Source: Chitinophagales bacterium
GTDB lineage: Bacteria > Bacteroidota > Bacteroidia > Chitinophagales > UBA8649
Reading direction: 5' to 3'
DNA: 64,000 nt
NCBI GenBank assembly: GCA_020635975.1
Contig: JACJYT010000003.1
Coordinates: 138,655-202,654, forward strand
Shown here: positions 1 to 9,040 of the stretch, one piece after another
Layout: each line of letters opens with the position of its first letter
How positions within the stretch are numbered: the first letter of the stretch is position 1
Translations under genes and position numbers: made by a program
The notes under the pieces: generated by a model
Databases searched by the model: none
Told to the model about the DNA's origin: nothing
What the model saw: only the letters and a program-made list of their open reading frames with translations

Positions 1-2
1 AT

Positions 3-386
3 CCGCACGAGTTTAGCGGTGGGCAAAGACAACGTATTTGTATTGCAAGAGCTTTAGCTTTAAATCCTCGTTTTATTATTTGCGATGAATCTGTATCTGC
101 TTTAGATGTTTCCGTTCAAGCACAAGTACTTAACTTACTTCTTGGATTAAGAGAAGAGTTTGGTTTTACCTATATTTTTATCTCTCACGACTTATCGGTA
201 GTTAAATTTATGAGTGATAGAATGGTCGTTATGAATAAAGGTTTGATTGAAGAAATGGGCGTTGCAGACGATATTTATAACCATCCACAAAAAGCCTATA
301 CGCAAGGTTTAATTGGTGCTATTCCTAAAGGAGAGCTTAAAGATATTGAAGCCAGAATTGCAAAGTCAAAGAATTTGCAGGTTTAA
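3..386 (+). CDS. ABC transporter ATP-binding protein, C-terminal fragment (dipeptide/oligopeptide DppF/OppF type); 5' end is outside the window
   Basis: Hand translation of frame 3 gives [46 protein letters not shown]...[22 protein letters not shown]...[17 protein letters not shown]...KNLQV, with stop TAA at 384-386. The ABC signature, Walker B (IICDE), H-loop (SHD) and an Opp/Dpp-type C-terminal tail are all readable. It is absent from the ORF track because it has no in-window start. Confidence 0.85.
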   Translation, partial: PHEFSGGQRQRICIARALALNPRFIICDESVSALDVSVQAQVLNLLLGLREEFGFTYIFISHDLSVVKFMSDRMVVMNKGLIEEMGVADDIYNHPQKAYTQGLIGAIPKGELKDIEARIAKSKNLQV

Positions 387-432
387 AAAGCCTTTTAAAA
401 TAGCTTTACAAATTTTTCTGTTGGCTTACTTT

Positions 433-2346
433 TTATTTAAACTTATCTACTAAATTTTTAGAGATCGTTAAAAAGTTGGCTTCCGTTACCATACCAATTA
501 CATGCTCCTCTTCATTTACTACAGGTAAACAACCAAATTGATGCGTCGTCATGATTTCCATGGCCTCACTAAATTTTGCACCAGGGTGAATGGTCATCGG
601 GTTTTTAATCATAATATCTTTAACCGTCACTGGCAAAGCTTCTCCTTGATGGAAATGCTTCATATAGGCCCTTAGCATAAGTCGGGAAGTAGCTAAGCCT
701 ACTAATTTACCTTCTTGGTTTTCTACTGCTACGTATCGAATCTTTTGCCAATCCATCATCTCACTTACTAATTCAACAATATCGTTTTCTTGAACGGTAA
801 AGATTTTACTTGTCATGAATTCCTCTACAAAGATTTCATTAGGTTTCCAATTCGGATTGTCGCTCAATTCGGCTAAATCCCAGTTATGTACAGGCATATT
901 ATCTTTTTGTTTTTTAATGGTCGAAGCAGTAATGGCCGCTAAGGCTTCTTCTTTATTTGCTTCTTTAAGTAGTTTGTTAAAGGATTTGAGTTGCCAATAA
1001 GAGCCAGTTTTTACTTTTCTAACCCTTTCTTCAATAATACTTAAGTATCGATCAATATCAGCTTTTTTCACTTTTTGCTGTTCAAGTCCTTCTTTGGCAA
1101 GAGGTAGTAATTCATTCAAAATAAGATCTCCTGCAGCGTAGCTCTTATGATCTAACCAAAATAATTTTGCATCTAAGCCATGTACCGAAGACTTTACAAA
1201 ATTAGATTTCGCTTCATCAAAATCCATGAGCTTCGTTATATCCCCATAATTCTGGTGCATTCCCACCATAAGTCCTAACCAAAGCGCAGCATTTGCCATT
1301 TCATCAGCAACTGTGGGTCCCGCAGGAAGTATTCTATTTTCTATTCTTAAATGTGCTTTGCCTTCACTTATACCGTAGCAGGCTCTATTCCATCTATAAA
1401 CAGTAGAATTATGTACCTTAAGGGCCATTAAATCTGGAGCTGTTTGCGATTTTAATTTTTCAAATACATTTTCATTTATTTCTGTATTGAGTAAGACTCT
1501 ATACTTTATAATATCTTCTTTATAAATTTCTAAAATAGATTTTTTTAACCAATCATCTCCAAAGGTTACCCGTGGACTCATTTCTCGTGCATGCTCCTTG
1601 TGACTTCTCGTGTCTACCGACTGAGAAAACAATGCAATTCTAGTTTCTTTCCATAAGCGTTTTCCGAAAAGAAGCGGAGAGTTAGTTGCCGATGAGAGCA
1701 CGGGAGCAGTAATTGCTTGCGATATGTTATACATATCTACAAATTCATCGGGTTTACATTGAAGATGCACTTGAAATCCTGTGTTTGCCGCTTCAATTAA
1801 TGGCGAATCATGTTCCGAAACCAACTCGTCTATACCGCTTATTTTTAATTCATAGTTTTTGCCTCTAAGTTTGTTAATCGAATCGCACAAAGCGTGATAT
1901 CTTTCATAAGGAGTAAGGTTCTCCATAGTAAAGTCAAACTTGCGTAGTGTGGGCAAAATACCACATAAAATTATTTGAAGATCTAAGGATTCTGCTGCGT
2001 TTTTCGCAATATTCAAACAAGAAAGAATTTCCTCCTCCATTTTGCTCAAGCAAGAGCCTGAAAAAATTTGTGGAGTGGCATTAATTTCCATATTGAAGCG
2101 GGCAAGTTCTGTAGTGAACATGGGATTTTTTCCCAAAATTTCCATCATTTCAATATTCTTTCCTGCAGCTTTAGCATACTTATCAACCAAGCAAAATTCT
2201 TGTTCTGCACCAATTCGAATTTTATCTATTTCAAACATGCCCGTGTGCAACATTTTGTTTAAGGCATGAATATCATTAAGCAAGTGCTTTTCAAATACTT
2301 GAAGTTGCTTATCGTTTTCATTAACACGAACTCTTGGGGCACTCAT
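433..2346 (-). CDS. Carboxylate-amine ligase (glutamate-cysteine ligase family 2-like) fused to a C-terminal tandem CBS pair
   Basis: 637-aa ORF. IGAEQEFCLVD near the N-terminus and HLRIENRILPAGPT later look GCS2/YbdK-like. The last ~140 aa carry two CBS motifs (YVAVENQEGKLVGLATSRLMLRAY; GCLPVVNEEEHVIGMVTEANFL). Confidence 0.7.
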   Translation of the reverse strand: MSAPRVRVNENDKQLQVFEKHLLNDIHALNKMLHTGMFEIDKIRIGAEQEFCLVDKYAKAAGKNIEMMEILGKNPMFTTELARFNMEINATPQIFSGSCLSKMEEEILSCLNIAKNAAESLDLQIILCGILPTLRKFDFTMENLTPYERYHALCDSINKLRGKNYELKISGIDELVSEHDSPLIEAANTGFQVHLQCKPDEFVDMYNISQAITAPVLSSATNSPLLFGKRLWKETRIALFSQSVDTRSHKEHAREMSPRVTFGDDWLKKSILEIYKEDIIKYRVLLNTEINENVFEKLKSQTAPDLMALKVHNSTVYRWNRACYGISEGKAHLRIENRILPAGPTVADEMANAALWLGLMVGMHQNYGDITKLMDFDEAKSNFVKSSVHGLDAKLFWLDHKSYAAGDLILNELLPLAKEGLEQQKVKKADIDRYLSIIEERVRKVKTGSYWQLKSFNKLLKEANKEEALAAITASTIKKQKDNMPVHNWDLAELSDNPNWKPNEIFVEEFMTSKIFTVQENDIVELVSEMMDWQKIRYVAVENQEGKLVGLATSRLMLRAYMKHFHQGEALPVTVKDIMIKNPMTIHPGAKFSEAMEIMTTHQFGCLPVVNEEEHVIGMVTEANFLTISKNLVDKFK

Positions 2347-2495
2347 ACTACAGATATTTTGATGAAAGTTAAGGAATTTAAGATTGTTTTAAATTGGAAT
2401 TCTAGCCTCGAGCTAAATATTATAGGACTAAATAAAAGTAAAAAACTAAATTTGTACATCAGCATCTCTTAGAGACATTAAAAATATTAATAATT

Positions 2496-3221
2496 ATGAA
2501 ATTCAAAGCTTTATTTGTTTTATTAATTCTACAACTTAGCTTGTTTGCACAATCTCCTTATAAATTATCGTATCCCGTAGACGTGCCTATATTGGGAGTT
2601 GCCATTGGCACTAGTATTGGTGGTTTTATTCATGAAAAAAAGAGAAGTGCCTTAAGCATAGACGATCTAGAAGGTTTAGATAGAAGTCAAATTTCGGTTT
2701 TTGATAGAAGTGCTACATATAATTGGAATCCTAAATTGGCTAAACTCAGTGATGCTCTAATGTATGGTGCTATGGCATCTCCTTTACTCTTTTTATCTGG
2801 TAAAGAAAGTAGAAAGGATTTTTGGCGAGTGGGTGCTATTTCTGCCGAGGTCTTTCTCTTGAATACAGGAATTACTTATCTAACCAAGGAATTAGTTCAA
2901 AGAAAACGTCCTTATGTTTATAATCCAGATGTTCCTTTGGAAAAGAAACTAGAGAAAGGAGCCACACAATCTTTTTTTAGTGGACATACCTCCACGATGG
3001 CTTCGATGAGTTTTTCTTTTGCTATGATGCATTCGCAGTATTATCCCGACTCGAATTTAAAACCTTTGGTATGGTTTGCAGCAGCAGTATTGCCAATGGC
3101 TATGGCGATATTGCGAGTTAGAGCCGGTAAGCATTATTGGACGGACGTCATGGTGGGCTATGGTGCAGGAGCTACCATAGGATTAGCTGTTCCACTATTG
3201 CATCAAATTAGAAAAAACTAG
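2496..3221 (+). CDS. PAP2-family phosphatase (membrane-associated)
   Basis: Signal-like N-terminus MKFKALFVLLILQLSLFAQ. All three PAP2 motifs are readable: KELVQRKRP (KX6RP), FFSGHTS (PSGH) and RVRAGKHYWTDV (SRX5HX3D). Confidence 0.85.
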   Translation: MKFKALFVLLILQLSLFAQSPYKLSYPVDVPILGVAIGTSIGGFIHEKKRSALSIDDLEGLDRSQISVFDRSATYNWNPKLAKLSDALMYGAMASPLLFLSGKESRKDFWRVGAISAEVFLLNTGITYLTKELVQRKRPYVYNPDVPLEKKLEKGATQSFFSGHTSTMASMSFSFAMMHSQYYPDSNLKPLVWFAAAVLPMAMAILRVRAGKHYWTDVMVGYGAGATIGLAVPLLHQIRKN

Positions 3222-3931
3222 TTCGTACTTTTTTGTCCGAGGTATTTATTTAACTGATAAACACCGAGATAAACAAAGGGCGTATCAAATAGGGCAATAA
3301 CTGCTTTGAAAACATATTGTCCTAGAATAATTTGTAAAGCTGCGGCCCAAGTAATAGCCTCAGAACTACCACTAAATTTTGGATACAGGATAAGCGCAAT
3401 AATTACTACAAGACTAGTGTCTATCAATTGACTTAATATGGTGGAACCATTATTTCGAAGCCATAAATGCTTGCCTTTCGTAAGTTTACGCCAAAATTCG
3501 AAAAGCTGTACATCTACGTATTGTGCACTTAAATAGGCGATCATAGAGCCAAATACTATTCCTGGTGCTAAACCGAAAACATTGGTATACGATTGACTGT
3601 CTACAGGTGAGTTTTCCCAAATTGGAAGTTGGATGCTAATCAGAATGATTCCTACGGTAAAGAGACTCACTATGAAGCCTGTTAGAACTAAAGATTTGGC
3701 TCTTTTTTCTCCGAATACTTCCGAGATTACATCAGTTACTAAGAAAGTTATTGGGTAAGCAATGATACCCGAAGATAGGGCCCAATCTATGCCCAAAATA
3801 GGTAGTTGTAAAGTGAAAAATCTACCCGCAATTAGATTGGTCAAGACCAAAGAAGCAATGAAGAAACCAGCTAAGATTAGAAATACTTTTTCCTTTTTGT
3901 CGAGGGCTTCGTCTCTTATTTGTTCTTGCAT
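3218..3931 (-). CDS. Queuosine-precursor transporter, YhhQ/DUF165 (VUT) family
   Basis: Polytopic membrane protein with YPITFLVTDVISEVFG and NNGSTILSQLIDT blocks typical of YhhQ-family proteins. Confidence 0.75.
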   Translation of the reverse strand: MQEQIRDEALDKKEKVFLILAGFFIASLVLTNLIAGRFFTLQLPILGIDWALSSGIIAYPITFLVTDVISEVFGEKRAKSLVLTGFIVSLFTVGIILISIQLPIWENSPVDSQSYTNVFGLAPGIVFGSMIAYLSAQYVDVQLFEFWRKLTKGKHLWLRNNGSTILSQLIDTSLVVIIALILYPKFSGSSEAITWAAALQIILGQYVFKAVIALFDTPFVYLGVYQLNKYLGQKSTN

Positions 3932-3941
3932 GCTTTATTTA

Positions 3942-4850
3942 TTAAAAATCATCAAAAGGGGCACTTTCCGAAGGACTCGTTTCATTGCTTTTAGCTCCAA
4001 GAGTATACCAAGTCCATTCGGCTAAAAATCTTTCTTCGATGATATTTAAATCCAATGCCGCTGATTTAGATATTTTTATGGAAATATTTTTTTCCGCATC
4101 TTTTTCTGGAACGCTTCCTACTACTTTTAAATAAATAACTTTGTTATTCATTAGGTTTCTTAGCTTAACAATTTGTCCGGCTGGAATGTTGTTCACCATG
4201 GCTAAATAAGCACCACTACTTGTGCCTTCTAAGTAGTTTCCAATGCCCTTGTCTTTTTTCAAAGTGTTTTCCTTTTTATTGTATGAATCGAACAATTGTT
4301 TATACAAGGCAACGTCTTCATTTACTACCTCCACTTGTGCAATCGTAGGATTAGACTTGCTAGGATTTGTTGGAGTGTCTATTTTTACACTTTCGGTTAT
4401 TGGAGCTTTTGGTGTATCTGTCTTTACTTGGTCAAAGAGTGCATTCTGATCTACAGTAAGCTTTTGTACTCTAAGTTCTTGACCAATACTGATATTTGGA
4501 TTAGCTAAATCATTCATTTGAATGATATCATCTACTTTTATTCCATACTGTTTAGCAATCGAGAAAAGTGTTTCTTTGCTTTGAACCACATGAATTTTGT
4601 AATCGCTAGCATCTACTTTAACTGCAGGTTTTTTAAGAAGAATTTGCAGGGCTTGTCCAGGTTTTATAATTAGGTCATCTCCAATTTCAGGATTGTTGGC
4701 TCTCAATTCAGCAATACTTAAATCATATTTCTTGGAAATGAAATACAAAGTTTGACCAGGCTCAACTTGATGAATGGTCATGTTTGTTTGTGCAAAAAGT
4801 CCAAAGGAAATAATGCAAAGCACAAATAATAAACTCAATTTTGCTTTCAT
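3942..4850 (-). CDS. Secreted LysM-domain peptidoglycan-binding protein, possibly with an RlpA-like DPBB C-terminal domain
   Basis: Signal peptide MKAKLSLLFVLCIISFGLFAQ. Two LysM repeats are visible (HQVEPGQTLYFISKKYDLSIAELRANNP...; HVVQSKETLFSIAKQYGIKVDDIIQMNDL...). The C-terminal block ...IPAGQIVKLRNLMNNKVIYLKVVGSVP...ISKSAALDL... resembles a double-psi beta-barrel. Confidence 0.75.
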   Translation of the reverse strand: MKAKLSLLFVLCIISFGLFAQTNMTIHQVEPGQTLYFISKKYDLSIAELRANNPEIGDDLIIKPGQALQILLKKPAVKVDASDYKIHVVQSKETLFSIAKQYGIKVDDIIQMNDLANPNISIGQELRVQKLTVDQNALFDQVKTDTPKAPITESVKIDTPTNPSKSNPTIAQVEVVNEDVALYKQLFDSYNKKENTLKKDKGIGNYLEGTSSGAYLAMVNNIPAGQIVKLRNLMNNKVIYLKVVGSVPEKDAEKNISIKISKSAALDLNIIEERFLAEWTWYTLGAKSNETSPSESAPFDDF

Positions 4851-4919
4851 AAACTCAATATTTATTTAATTTTGATTAAATATATCCCAATATCATACCA
4901 CTTCTTTAAAAGAGCACAA

Positions 4920-6338
4920 ATGAAATATCAACTCTACCTATTCTTAACGTATATTTTAATGAGCACCGTATATGTTCAGGCACAAAGTTCGGATACGATA
5001 AGAGCTATCGATACGCTTCCCATTTCCAAAATAGAAAAGAAGCAACATGTGGATCTAAGCAACAAAAAGGTATACCTATTTGAAATTCATGATGAAATTG
5101 GACCAGGCGCAACGAGAATCACGGAAAAAGCTATAGTTGCTGCTGAAGAAATGAATGCCGATTATATTCTCTTAGATTTAAATACTTTTGGTGGTCTCGT
5201 AACCGATGCAGATGCCATCCGTTCGGCTTTATTGGATACTAAAATTCCTACTTTGGTTTTTGTTAGAAATAATGCCGCAAGCGCTGGCGCTTTAATCTCG
5301 ATTGCATGTGATAGCATTTACATGAAAACTGGGAGTACCATTGGGGCCGCTGCTGTGGTATATGAGGATGGTTCTTATGCGGAAGAGAAATACCAAAGTT
5401 ATATGCGGAATAAAATGCGGGCTACAGCAGAGGCTACCAACAGAGATCCGGATATAGCGGAGGGAATGGTTAATCCGAAAGTGGTGATAGAGGGGGTAAC
5501 GGATGAGACGGAAATTATTACCTTTAGTGTTGATGAGGCCATCCAAAATGGCTATTGTAATGGGAAAGCGGAGAGTATTGAGGAAGTGTTGAAAATTGCT
5601 AAATTGAAAAATCCAGAAGTAATTAAGCATGAAGTTTCTGCAACAGAGAAGCTTATTCAACTTTTGGTTAAACCTTATGTTTCTGGTATTTTATTGATGA
5701 TTTTGATTGGAGGAATTTACTTTGAACTCCAAACTCCTGGAGTGGGTTTCCCTTTAGCAGCATCTATTTTTGCTGCAATTTTATATTTTGCTCCACATTA
5801 CCTTGAAGGCTTTGCCGCCCATTGGGAAATCCTTTTATTTATAGTCGGAATTGTGCTTCTTATGGCAGAAATTTTTGTCATACCTGGCTTTGGTGTAACA
5901 GGAATAGCGGGAATTGCGGCTATTATGATCAGTTTAGCATTGGCATTGATTAAGAATATTGATGGTTTTGATTTTGGCTTTGTGCCAGCAAAAGAAATTG
6001 GTATGGCTTTCTTGATGGTATCGGGCATTATGGTTTTTGGAGTTGTTCTATTACTTTTTGCAAGCAAGAATCTAGCAAGTACAGCAGCGTTTAAAAGATT
6101 GGCACTTTCTACCGAACAAAATAGAAATGATGGCTTTATCATTAGTGCCTATGCGGGCGAAAATATGGATGGTAAAGAAGCTTTTGTTGTAGCTGATTTA
6201 AGACCATCAGGAAAGATAGAAATTGATGGTGAGCAATTTGATGCTCAAAGTGATGGCGAATATTTAAGCAAGGGTACCAGAGTAATTGTAAAGAAAAGAC
6301 AAGGTGCTTATCTCATGGTAAAAGAAGTTCGAGCTTAA
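4920..6338 (+). CDS. NfeD-family membrane-bound ClpP-class serine protease
   Basis: The track ORF starts at a non-ATG codon (4872). ATG 4920 gives MKYQLYLFLTYILMSTVYVQA. It has a ClpP-like N-domain (NNAASAGALISIACD), a central block of TM helices and a C-terminal NfeD-like soluble domain (VADLRPSGKIEIDGEQFDAQSDGEYLSKGTRVIVKK). Confidence 0.75.
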   Translation: MKYQLYLFLTYILMSTVYVQAQSSDTIRAIDTLPISKIEKKQHVDLSNKKVYLFEIHDEIGPGATRITEKAIVAAEEMNADYILLDLNTFGGLVTDADAIRSALLDTKIPTLVFVRNNAASAGALISIACDSIYMKTGSTIGAAAVVYEDGSYAEEKYQSYMRNKMRATAEATNRDPDIAEGMVNPKVVIEGVTDETEIITFSVDEAIQNGYCNGKAESIEEVLKIAKLKNPEVIKHEVSATEKLIQLLVKPYVSGILLMILIGGIYFELQTPGVGFPLAASIFAAILYFAPHYLEGFAAHWEILLFIVGIVLLMAEIFVIPGFGVTGIAGIAAIMISLALALIKNIDGFDFGFVPAKEIGMAFLMVSGIMVFGVVLLLFASKNLASTAAFKRLALSTEQNRNDGFIISAYAGENMDGKEAFVVADLRPSGKIEIDGEQFDAQSDGEYLSKGTRVIVKKRQGAYLMVKEVRA

Positions 6339-6339
6339 G

Positions 6340-7074
6340 ATGAGGGTTCTTGGCGTGATACCTGCTCGAATGGCCTCAACTCGCTTTCCGGGCAAAGCCT
6401 TGGTAGATATTGCTGGCAAGAGCATGTTACAACGAGTTTTTGAGCAAGCAAGAAAGTCGCCTTTTTTAGACGAGATAATCATCGCTACAGATCACGAAGA
6501 TATTTTGCTGGCCGCAAAGTCTTTTGGAGCTAAGGTAATGATGACTTCTACGAAGCATCGAAATGGCACGGAACGTTGTGCTGAGGTAATAGCTAATTTG
6601 GAAAGCAATTTCGACATTTTAATCAATATACAAGGGGATGAACCCTTTTTTGATCCTCAAAATATTGAAAGTTTACTTAGCTGTTTTAAGCAAGAGGAAG
6701 TTCAAATTGCAAGTTTAGTAAAGCGCATTGAAAGGGAAGAGGATATTAGCAATCCAACGGTGGTTAAAGTGGTGTTTAATGAGAAAATGAAGGCCTTGTA
6801 TTTTTCTAGGGCAGCAATTCCTTTTGATAGAGAGAAAGTAGGTATTTCTTTTCATAAACATATAGGAATTTATGCCTTTAGAGCAGAACTTTTAAAAGAC
6901 TTAGTTGTTTTAAAACCAAGTCGTTTAGAAAGTATTGAGAACCTAGAGCAACTGCGATGGTTGGAAAATAATTATTCGATACACTTAGCTCTTACAGAAC
7001 ACGATAGTAACTCGGTAGATACGCCAGAGGATTTACTTGCTTTGAAGAAACAGTTTAAGTTGGCAGACGGATGA
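6340..7074 (+). CDS. kdsB: 3-deoxy-manno-octulosonate cytidylyltransferase (CMP-KDO synthetase)
   Basis: MRVLGVIPARMASTRFPGKALVDIAGKSMLQRV and IQGDEPF motifs, ~244 aa. It starts 1 nt after the NfeD stop. Confidence 0.9.
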   Translation: MRVLGVIPARMASTRFPGKALVDIAGKSMLQRVFEQARKSPFLDEIIIATDHEDILLAAKSFGAKVMMTSTKHRNGTERCAEVIANLESNFDILINIQGDEPFFDPQNIESLLSCFKQEEVQIASLVKRIEREEDISNPTVVKVVFNEKMKALYFSRAAIPFDREKVGISFHKHIGIYAFRAELLKDLVVLKPSRLESIENLEQLRWLENNYSIHLALTEHDSNSVDTPEDLLALKKQFKLADG

Positions 7075-7964
7075 ATATAAAAATTTGGATAGAAGCAGCA
7101 CGCTTAAGAACCTTACCCTTAGCTTTTGCAAGTATAATAGCTGGAACAGCTTGTGCCATTCATGCCCATAGTTTTTCTTGGGTGATTTTTGTATTGGCTC
7201 TACTTACAACCTTGTTGTTACAAGTCTTATCCAATTTTGCTAATGATTATGGGGATGCCCTATCTGGCAAGGATGATGCAGGCAGAATTGGTCCAAAAAG
7301 AGCAGTTTCTAGTGGTGAAATTAGCGCTTCTTCCATGAAAAAAGCCCTGATTTTATTTAGTTTTCTTTCTCTACTTAGCGGTATTGCTCTTTTATTTTTT
7401 GCATTCGAATCCTATTTATACATACTTCTCTTTTTAATCTTGGGCTTAGGTGCTATTGCTGCCGCAATTAAATATACAGTAGGTAAAAATCCTTATGGTT
7501 ATATGGGACTAGGTGATCTTTTTGTCTTTTTATTTTTTGGTTGGATTGGGGTAGGAGGTACTTATTTTTTGTTCTGTTCAAGCTTTGATCCTAATGTATT
7601 TTGGATTGCAAGTTCTTTCGGATTTTTATCTGTTGCTGTGCTCAATTTAAATAATATGAGAGATATTGAGAATGATGCTAAAACCGGAAAAAGAACTTTG
7701 GCTGTTAAGTTGGGCTTGCAAAGGGCAAAGCAGTATCATTATCTCTTAATTGTTTTTGCTTTTTTGTTTTTGATTTCATTTGCTTTGCTGAAGCAATTTG
7801 AGTTAAAGCAATATCTATTTTTGCTTTTGGCGCCATTCTTTGCTCAAATGTTAAAAGCCCTTATTCGAATTAATAAGCCCCTTGAATTTGATCCTTTTTT
7901 GAAAAAAACGGCTTTAGGTACTTTCCTATTAAGCATCTTGTTTTTAATTGCTAATCTTATGTAG
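7071..7964 (+). CDS. menA: 1,4-dihydroxy-2-naphthoate polyprenyltransferase (UbiA family)
   Basis: Polytopic membrane protein with NFANDYGDALSG (NxxxDxxxD) and a second Asp-rich motif NNMRDIENDAKTGKRT. ATGA overlap with the kdsB stop; followed by menC. Confidence 0.85.
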   Translation: MNIKIWIEAARLRTLPLAFASIIAGTACAIHAHSFSWVIFVLALLTTLLLQVLSNFANDYGDALSGKDDAGRIGPKRAVSSGEISASSMKKALILFSFLSLLSGIALLFFAFESYLYILLFLILGLGAIAAAIKYTVGKNPYGYMGLGDLFVFLFFGWIGVGGTYFLFCSSFDPNVFWIASSFGFLSVAVLNLNNMRDIENDAKTGKRTLAVKLGLQRAKQYHYLLIVFAFLFLISFALLKQFELKQYLFLLLAPFFAQMLKALIRINKPLEFDPFLKKTALGTFLLSILFLIANLM

Positions 7965-7965
7965 A

Positions 7966-8973
7966 ATGAAGGCTAGATTTGAAAAATATACCTTAGAATT
8001 TGTTCGTCCAAGTGGTACTTCCCGCGGTGTTTTATGGAATAAAAACACCTATTTTGTTTATGTTGCTAATGGAGAAAAGGAAGTTGTAGGAGAATGTGCC
8101 CTTTTCGAAGGTTTGAGTTCGGATGATCGACCAGAATATGAAGAAGTTTTACAAGAGGTCTGTACTAATATTAGTTATTATTTTTCTCATGGACTAGAAA
8201 GTTTAGCAGCCTATCCAAGCATAGTTTTTGGTTTAGAGCAAGCTTTTCTTCGTTTAAAAAATAAAAGTTCTCAATGCTACGATAATGCCTTTAGTAGAGG
8301 TGAAAGGGGTATTCCTATTAATGGGCTTATTTGGATGGGAACAGAAGAATTTATGCTTAGTCAGATTGAAGAAAAACTAGCAGAAGGCTTCACTTGTTTA
8401 AAGATGAAGATTGGTGCTATAGATTTTTTCAAAGAGTTTGAAATTTTGAAAAATTTGAGGAAGCGATTTCCAGTGGAAGAATTAGAACTTCGCGTGGATG
8501 CCAATGGAGCGTTTGATGTGAAGAATGCTTATAACCGCTTAGATGAGTTATCTAAGTTAGATTTACACTCTATTGAACAGGTAATTCGACCAAAGCAAAT
8601 AGACGCAATGGCACTTTTATGTAGAACCAGCCCTTTGGCAATTGCTCTAGATGAAGAACTCATTGGAGTAAATACAAGGCTTGAACGACAAAGCCTATTA
8701 GAACAGATTATGCCGCAATACATCGTACTAAAGCCTGCTTTAGTGGGTGGATTTAAGGCTTGTGACGAGTGGATAGAAATTGCAGAATCTTTAGGCATTT
8801 CTTGGTGGATAACATCTGCTTTAGAAAGTAATGTTGGCTTAGAAGCAATAGCGCAGTACACGGCAAGTAAAAATACTAGTGCTTTTCAAGGACTCGGTAC
8901 AGGTAAATTGTTCACTAATAATACACCCAGTGCATTGTTTATTAAAGAGGCGCAACTTTGGACAAAAGTCTAA
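7966..8973 (+). CDS. menC: o-succinylbenzoate synthase (enolase superfamily)
   Basis: KMKIG, LRVDANGAF, SIEQ and ALDEEL blocks, ~335 aa, directly downstream of menA. Start moved to ATG 7966, 2 nt after the menA stop; the track start at 7948 is non-ATG and overlaps menA. Confidence 0.8.
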   Translation: MKARFEKYTLEFVRPSGTSRGVLWNKNTYFVYVANGEKEVVGECALFEGLSSDDRPEYEEVLQEVCTNISYYFSHGLESLAAYPSIVFGLEQAFLRLKNKSSQCYDNAFSRGERGIPINGLIWMGTEEFMLSQIEEKLAEGFTCLKMKIGAIDFFKEFEILKNLRKRFPVEELELRVDANGAFDVKNAYNRLDELSKLDLHSIEQVIRPKQIDAMALLCRTSPLAIALDEELIGVNTRLERQSLLEQIMPQYIVLKPALVGGFKACDEWIEIAESLGISWWITSALESNVGLEAIAQYTASKNTSAFQGLGTGKLFTNNTPSALFIKEAQLWTKV

Positions 8974-8995
8974 TAGTTAGCTAGGATATGGAAAC

Positions 8996-9021
8996 AAAAA
9001 AAGGAGCCGAAGCTCCTTTTT
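8996..9021. terminator. Bidirectional intrinsic terminator between convergent menC and sucC
   Basis: A-run, then GGAGC-cgaa-GCTCC stem-loop (9003-9016), then T-run: aaaaaaaGGAGCcgaaGCTCCttttt. Confidence 0.7.
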
Positions 9022-9040
9022 GATTTATCATTAACTTAGA

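Noticed and set aside
815-6482. Short ORFs nested antisense or out of frame in clear genes (815-1000, 2042-2269, 2068-2262, 2266-2472, 3762-4025, 4243-4508, 5292-5660, 5798-6142, 6264-6482)
   Set aside because: All overlap strongly supported genes on the other strand or frame and have no recognisable features. The same reasoning applies to 8529-8861, 9972-10214, 13305-13487, 16113-16325, 28630-29043, 30279-30527, 31067-31924, 33071-34038, 37658-37840, 42290-42734, 51078-51266, 54283-54465, 55049-55393, 56247-56495, 60514-60780 and 63018-63209.
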